DNA of 63,869 nucleotides, filler included, from Anaerolineae bacterium (GTDB taxonomy: Bacteria > Chloroflexota > Anaerolineae > Epilineales > Epilineaceae): NCBI GenBank assembly GCA_029262755.1. It is 7 parts of 7 records of this genome, joined end to end, with 100 filler letters (N's around TTAATTAATTAA, not from the genome) between each part and the next. Parts side by side here need not be neighbours in the genome. Positions count along the whole stretch, not along the records: positions 53,548 to 60,029 come from JAJCYU010000395.1; positions 60,130 to 63,869 come from JAJCYU010000401.1; 5 more parts are not named here. One strand, 5' to 3'. The notes beneath the pieces were generated by a model, which saw only the letters and a list, made by a program, of their open reading frames with translations, made no database searches and was not told the origin of the DNA. Below, in pieces: positions 58,320-63,869 of this stretch (positions are counted from its first letter, which is position 1; every line of letters starts with the position of its first letter). The position numbers and the translations under genes are program-made.

Positions 58320-59105
58320 TCAGCCCTGCTCGCGCAGTAGGCTCGGCAGGAACACTGGTGCGAAGACCGGTACTGCGGTGGGCGTCGCCGTGGGCGGCGG
58401 CGGTGTAGGCGTCTCGGTCGGGACGAGCGTCGGCGGCGGCGCGGCGGGCTCATCGTCGAGGATCCGGTCGCCCAACGTGTGCATCGCTCCGATCACGTCG
58501 CCACCGAGCGCGATGTACCGATAGCCGCCACGGCTCGCGATCGCTTGTAGCAACGCGTGCTGCGTGATCGGGCCGATCCCGATCGCGAAGTGCACCGCGT
58601 CGTGAACCACCTCGAGTTCACGCGAACGGATCGTGGCCCGATCCGGGGCGGCCATCATCGGTCCGTCCGTCAGTGCGAGCGTGACGACCTGCCCAAGGGA
58701 GCCGGATGGCTGCTCGTCCAACCAGCTCAGGGCCTCCGTATAGGCAAGGTCAAGCCGCGCGCTCCGGTCGAGCATCTCGACGCCGAGAATGGCGTCGCGG
58801 ACCGCGGCGGCGTCCGCTGTCGGCGCCAGCGCGAGCGCGGAACCGTCGCCGAACGAGATGACGCCCGCCCGATCCTCCGGCTCGAAGCGCTCCATGAGCT
58901 GAAACGCGGCCTCCGCGATGGCCTCCTTCGCGAGACGCTCATTCAACGTCGAGCCGAACAGGCACGTGCTGTCGTCGATGAGAAAGAAGACGGTGCGCGG
59001 CCCGGGCAGGGCCGACGCGGGCGCGACGCGCAGGGCGAGGCCGAGCGCGAAGGCCGCGAGAAGCGGAACGACGAAGTACAAGGTAGATCGTTGCAATGGC
59101 AGCAT
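58320..59105 (-). CDS. Secreted single-vWA domain protein with Pro/Thr tail
   Basis: Signal peptide, FFLIDDSTC, DRAGVISF, LTDG, FAIGIG, PTETPT linker, VFLPSLLR end. Confidence 0.82.
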   Translation of the reverse strand: MLPLQRSTLYFVVPLLAAFALGLALRVAPASALPGPRTVFFLIDDSTCLFGSTLNERLAKEAIAEAAFQLMERFEPEDRAGVISFGDGSALALAPTADAAAVRDAILGVEMLDRSARLDLAYTEALSWLDEQPSGSLGQVVTLALTDGPMMAAPDRATIRSRELEVVHDAVHFAIGIGPITQHALLQAIASRGGYRYIALGGDVIGAMHTLGDRILDDEPAAPPPTLVPTETPTPPPPTATPTAVPVFAPVFLPSLLREQG

Positions 59106-59591
59106 AAGACCCTCCGGGAGGGCGTTGATCCGTGGTTGATTCCAGGCGCTGTGGCTTGGGCGAGAACGACGCGACTCTTGGACGGGGCAGCTTGGAACGG
59201 GCGAGGGCGCGGCGTCTAGCAGTTCTCGGTGGATTCAACCGGCGATCCTCGAACAATTGGACACGGGCGTGCCGCGAACGGGGACGGCCACGGGACGAAA
59301 GGATGCGATACGGCCCGACAAGAAAATGGCGCCAGATGTTCCGATGCGTATTGGAGATCGACCGGACGTGCCGGGGAGGCATCGGGGGCGCTCGCGACGA
59401 AAGCCGCGCGCCGGGCGCATCTTCTGACAAGACCGACCGTGGTGCACACCAATGTGGCTCGCCCAAGGTACTCGAACGATGCACGCGACGTAGATTTCGG
59501 AGCGTATACGTCGTCCGTCGCGACCCACCGCGAAACGCAGCACCGACATCGTCATTGCAGCCTCGACCTCCCGTCCGTGTACCATCCCGCC

Positions 59592-60029
59592 ATGGTTGCC
59601 ACCGCGTCCCCCCTTCCCCGCGTCTGCCTCCTGACCGGCGAGTATCCCCCCGACGAGGGCGGCGTCGCCGACTACACGCGTTGCCTGGCCGAGGCGCTCG
59701 CCGCGCTCGGCGCGCCGGTCGACGTACTCACCACACCCTCGCCGGTCCTACGGGCCGCCCGTTCGGGGCCACACGTCCGGCCGGTCGACGAGCCGTCCGA
59801 CGGTTTGGATGCGGACGCCGGACCGCAGGCGGGCACAGGTGGCCAGATCGGCGCAGAAGCGCAGGCGGACATCGTGGTCCACACCATGCCCGCTTGGGAT
59901 TGGGGGAGCCTGAGCAGGCTGCGGCGCACGCTGCGTCCGCTACAGCCCGATATCGTCCACCTGCAGTACCAGACGGCGGCCTTCGGCATGCATCCGGCCG
60001 CCAACCTCGCACCTTGGTGGGCAGGGCGG
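59592..60029 (+). CDS. Glycosyltransferase family 4, 5' fragment
   Basis: RVCLLTGEYPPDEGGVADYTRCLA and PDIVHLQYQTAAF. Confidence 0.85.
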
Positions 60030-60129
60030 NNNNNNNNNNNNNNNNNNNNNNNNNNNNNNNNNNNNNNNNNNNNTTAATTAATTAANNNNNNNNNNNNNNN
60101 NNNNNNNNNNNNNNNNNNNNNNNNNNNNN
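60030..60129. other. Artificial contig-joining spacer
   Basis: 44 N + TTAATTAATTAA + 44 N. Confidence 0.99.
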
Positions 60130-61374
60130 TACGCAGAGGTAGTAGGCCGGATCATCCGGCCACGCAGGTCGGCTGAAAAGGGTGTCAAAGTGCGGCTCCC
60201 AGTCGTTGGGCAGCACGAGCGTGTGGTGGGCCAACGCGGGTACGTCGCCGCGCACGCCCAAGTACAGCAAAAAGGCGGACGGCGCCCACGTACGCCGCCG
60301 CCAATAGCGCTCGCTGTACTGCCGCGCCTTCGTGGGCAACAGCTCGCGCTCGGTGTGCCGGTAGTCCGCGTTGCTGACCACGACGTCCGCGCGACGGACG
60401 ACGCCATCCGCGGTCGCAACGGCCATTGGGCCTGCGCCGGCGACGTAGATCGCGCCGTCGATCGCGCTGCCGCCCGCGGGACCATCCCCGCCGGCTCGCT
60501 CGATCGACGTCACCTCCGCATCGACCTCGATCGTGACGCCCAACTCATCCGCCAACGCGATGAGCGCATTGACCAACGAGCCGATGCCGCGCTCGGGGTA
60601 GTAGACACCGAGGTTGAAGTCCACGTGGCCCATCAGGCTGTACAGCGCCGGCGTGTTGCGCGGCGCACCACCGAGGAAGACCAGCGTGTACTGCACGATC
60701 TGCCGCAGCTTGGGATGCGTGAAGTAGCGGGCGACGTGCTTGGCCATGGTCCCCAGCAAGGGCAAACCCTTGGAGTGGCGCGCCACGTCAGGCGTCATGA
60801 AGTCGCGCAGCCGCTGCCGGTCGGTGTACACGAAGTGCGGCATGGACTGCTCGTAGATCTCCTGGCTGCGCGCAAGATAGGCGTCGAGCTGGTCGCCCGC
60901 CCCCGGCTCGTAGCGCTCAAACAGCGCGCGCATCGAGGCGCGATCGCCGTTGATATCCACGCGCTCGCCGTCCTTGAAGAAGATCCGGTAGTGCGGATCG
61001 AGGCGCTCGAGCCGGTAGTAGTCCTCCGGCTTCTTCCCGAAGAGTGCGAAGAAGCGCTCAAAGACATCGGGCATCAAGTACCACGACGGCCCCATGTCGA
61101 AGCGAAAGCCGTCCACCTCCAAGCGGCTCGCTCGCCCGCCCACCTGCTCGTTCTTCTCCAACACCGTCACGTCCGCGCCTGCCTGCGCCAACAGGCAAGC
61201 CGTAGACAGGCCGCCGAAGCCCCCGCCGACCACGATCACGCGGCGCCCGTCGAGGCGCTGGTTCAACGGATCGGACGTGCCGGTCGTGTCCGGAGCTGGC
61301 GTGGGCGTGGGCGTCGGAATCGACGGTGTCGGAGCCGCCGCAGCCGCCGAGCTCGACCTACGCCGCGTGCTCAC
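60130..61374 (-). CDS. CrtI/CrtD-family carotenoid desaturase, 3' truncated by the contig
   Basis: FAD motif VVGGGFGGL...EKN, GFRFDMGPSWYLMPD, RLDPHYR, VVVSNAD, SAFLLYLG; GTG start overlaps the DinB stop. Confidence 0.92.
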
Positions 61375-61862
61375 GCTCCCCCGCTCGTCCGCCACGCCGC
61401 GAGGTTCGCGCGCATCTGGTCGATATGATCGGGAATGTGCGCGGCGTAGACCTGGAGCCAATCGTCGAAGGTGTACGGCCGATCGTATTCGGCGTGCACG
61501 ATCGTGTGGGTCCAGACCTGCTCCGGCAGGTTCCGCAGCAGCGCCGCGGACGAGGCACGCACCGCACGCACGACATCGAGCGCGAGATCCGGGTCGCGGC
61601 TGTGGTAGTCGAGCTCCCGTGCCCACACGTCCTGGTCGTATGCCATCAAGGTATGTCCCGGTTGGGCCACAAGCAGCCGACAGCGCAGCGCCGCGTTGGC
61701 CTCGCTGTCGGCCAGGTGCACGACGATCTCGTGCACGCTCCATGCGTCGGGTGCCGGCCGATAGGTCCACATCGCGGCGGGCATCTGGGCAAGCGCCGCA
61801 TCCAATAGCGTCGGACCCGCGGCGTAGCGCTCGATTAGCTCAGCTCGTTCGGCGGGGGTCAT
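61371..61862 (-). CDS. DinB family protein
   Basis: WSVHEIVVHLADSE, AYDQDVWA, HIPDHIDQ His triad; AGGAG RBS. Confidence 0.88.
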   Translation of the reverse strand: MTPAERAELIERYAAGPTLLDAALAQMPAAMWTYRPAPDAWSVHEIVVHLADSEANAALRCRLLVAQPGHTLMAYDQDVWARELDYHSRDPDLALDVVRAVRASSAALLRNLPEQVWTHTIVHAEYDRPYTFDDWLQVYAAHIPDHIDQMRANLAAWRTSGGA

Positions 61863-62091
61863 GGGCGGCAACTCCTGGCGCGGGGTTCGGCGGCGATGCG
61901 CGAAGCATGCCGTGGGAGCGACGGGCGGACCATGTTTGCCATGGCGTCGAGCGACCGGGGACGCCGACGGCGGCGGTCCCACCCGACGATTCGCGACGAG
62001 GTCGCGGGCCGGCACCGAATATCGTGTTCGATCGCGGGCGATCTCAAGCGGGGGACCGAACGCTACAATCCGATCCCCGAGGAGAACGCAT

Positions 62092-63869
62092 ATGCATTCT
62101 ACATTTCGATCGCCGGCCCGAGCCCTGCCACGCCGTGCGACGCGCGCAGTGCGACCTTCACACGCCATTTCGACGCTCCTCGGCTTCCTGGCTGCGAGCA
62201 CCGTGCTGGCACTCACGGCTCCGCCAACCCCACACGCCGCGGCCCAGGACCAGGCCCAGGTCGACCTCTACGACGAGACCGTCCTACACGAGCTCCACTT
62301 GGACTTCGACGATGCCGATTGGGAGCGCGACCTCAACCCGACCGACGACGTCGCGGCCGATCTCACGCTGGACGGCGTCGCGTACCCGACCATCGGCGTG
62401 CGCCACAAGGGTCGCAGCACCCTCAACATCGATAGCCCGAAGAAGCCCTTCAACCTCTCCCTCGACGCCTTCGTGGACGGCCAGGAGATCGACGGCTACG
62501 ACATCATCAACCTCGACAACGGCTACCTCGACCCGAGCATCATCCGCGAGGCCCTCTCCTACCGGATCATGCGCGACCACATGCCCGCTTCGCGCACGGC
62601 CTTCGCCCGCGTCCACGTCAACGGCGAGTACCTCGGCCTCTACACGATGGTCCAGCAAGTGGACCGCTCCTTCCTGCGCGACTGGTACCCCTCCGACGGC
62701 GGCGACCTCTTCAAGGCCGAGCCCTTCTCCGACGATGCCTTCTTCCAGTACCGGCCCACCCTGGCTTGGGAAGGCGAGACGTTGCTGGAATACCACCGTC
62801 GCTACGAGCTGAAGGGCCCCACGCGCTCCGCCGCATCCGGGGCCACCGCCTACGGCAACCTGCGCGATCTCACGCGCGTCCTCGACGCGCCCGTCTCGGC
62901 CGGCGGCGTGTCGGACGCCGACTTTCCCGACGCCATCGAAGAGGTCCTGGATGTCGACGGCGCCCTTTGGTACCTGGCCGCGCAGAACATCCTGGCCAAT
63001 TTCGACAGCTACTACTTCGGCCACAACTACCTGTTGCACCGCTCCGACCTGGACGGCCGCTACCGGATCATCCCCTGGGACCTGAACCTCAGCATGTGGG
63101 GCTATCCCTTCTTCGTCTTCGGCCCCGTCGCGCCAGACGACCTGGTGCGGGCCGACCCGCTCATCGCGCGAAACGACGACGCGCTCCCGCTAATCAGCCG
63201 CGTCCTGTCCGTCCCGCGCTACCGGGCCGACTACCTCGCGCACTATCGCACCCTGCGCGACGTCGGCTTTGCGCCGGAGCGCATCCAAACGCAGGTGAGC
63301 GCCTACGAGGACCTGATCCGCGTCGCGGCCGAGGAAGAGCCGCACAGCCTCCACGGTTTCGATCTCTTCCTGCGCAACCTGCGCGAGACGGTGTCCATCC
63401 GCTCCGGCTCCGGCTTCTTCAGCAACCGCGATGTTCCCGGCATCCTCGATCTCACCGGCCGCCGCTACGCCTGGCTGCGCGAGCCCGGCCGCGATCCCGG
63501 CCTGCGCGAGCCGGACCTGCGTCTCATCGAGCACGCACGCGCGCCCGAGGCGCCGGTCCATACCGACGCCGTCACGGTACACGCCGCGTTCGAGGGTACG
63601 GACGAACCCGCCTCCGTCGCGCTCTTCTACGTGGTCAACGGCGCCGCTCCCGTGGAGCTTGCGCTCCGCCGCGACGGCGATCGCTGGAGCACGGTCATCC
63701 CTGCCGCGCCTCCGCGCGCCCGCGTCTCCTATTTCTTGCGCGCGCAGCTGGCCGATGGCCGCAGCCAGTTCCACCCGGCGTCCAACCAAACGCAGCCATG
63801 GCGCTACCGCGTCGCGGGCATCGAGCTGCCACGCGAGCCGGCCGGCGACCTCATCCTGAACGAGCTTCA
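62092..63869 (+). CDS. Secreted CotH-family kinase protein running off the window end (absent from the ORF track)
   Basis: Translated by hand from ATG 62092 (GAGGAG RBS): signal peptide, IGVRHKGRST, KKPFNL, DPSIIRE, VNGEYLGLY, NFDSY, HNY, IPWDLN; ends GDLILNEL (lamin-tail-like start). Confidence 0.9.
   Translation, partial: MHSTFRSPARALPRRATRAVRPSHAISTLLGFLAASTVLALTAPPTPHAAAQDQAQVDLYDETVLHELHLDFDDADWERDLNPTDDVAADLTLDGVAYPTIGVRHKGRSTLNIDSPKKPFNLSLDAFVDGQEIDGYDIINLDNGYLDPSIIREALSYRIMRDHMPASRTAFARVHVNGEYLGLYTMVQQVDRSFLRDWYPSDGGDLFKAEPFSDDAFFQYRPTLAWEGETLLEYHRRYELKGPTRSAASGATAYGNLRDLTRVLDAPVSAGGVSDADFPDAIEEVLDVDGALWYLAAQNILANFDSYYFGHNYLLHRSDLDGRYRIIPWDLNLSMWGYPFFVFGPVAPDDLVRADPLIARNDDALPLISRVLSVPRYRADYLAHYRTLRDVGFAPERIQTQVSAYEDLIRVAAEEEPHSLHGFDLFLRNLRETVSIRSGSGFFSNRDVPGILDLTGRRYAWLREPGRDPGLREPDLRLIEHARAPEAPVHTDAVTVHAAFEGTDEPASVALFYVVNGAAPVELALRRDGDRWSTVIPAAPPRARVSYFLRAQLADGRSQFHPASNQTQPWRYRVAGIELPREPAGDLILNEL

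Overview
This window is not one contiguous locus. It is seven contig pieces (1-13622, 13723-18976, 19077-28012, 28113-38432, 38533-53447, 53548-60029, 60130-63869) joined by identical artificial 100-bp spacers (44 N + TTAATTAATTAA + 44 N), so gene neighbourhoods are only meaningful within a contig. Six high-GC contigs look like one bacterium, probably Chloroflexota (inferred from protein family content). They carry housekeeping genes (prfB with its programmed +1 frameshift, ftsY, argS, lepA, a CarD-family gene), transporters, glycosyltransferases, a vapBC module, a STAND-TPR protein and many secreted proteins (five vWA-family members, S8 protease, nuclease, PLD, CotH, DUF1566, DUF4397). Contig 2 looks alphaproteobacterial (likely bin contamination) and holds tRNA-Ser(GCT) with an adjacent DUF2924/large serine recombinase element. 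The best candidate for an undescribed system is a CarH/LitR-type B12 photoreceptor gene flanked by two DUF4397 surface-protein genes. Both DUF4397 promoters are overlapped by 11-bp direct repeats matching the CarH operator consensus, which suggests a light-controlled surface-protein regulon rather than the usual carotenoid operon. Other leads are a carotenoid desaturase that resembles haloarchaeal CrtD, a vWA/Ig adhesin-like family with a Cys-rich C-terminal domain, and a recurring x-[YFIL]-L-P motif, usually after a Pro/Thr linker, in secreted proteins. All family assignments come from motif recognition; no database search was run.
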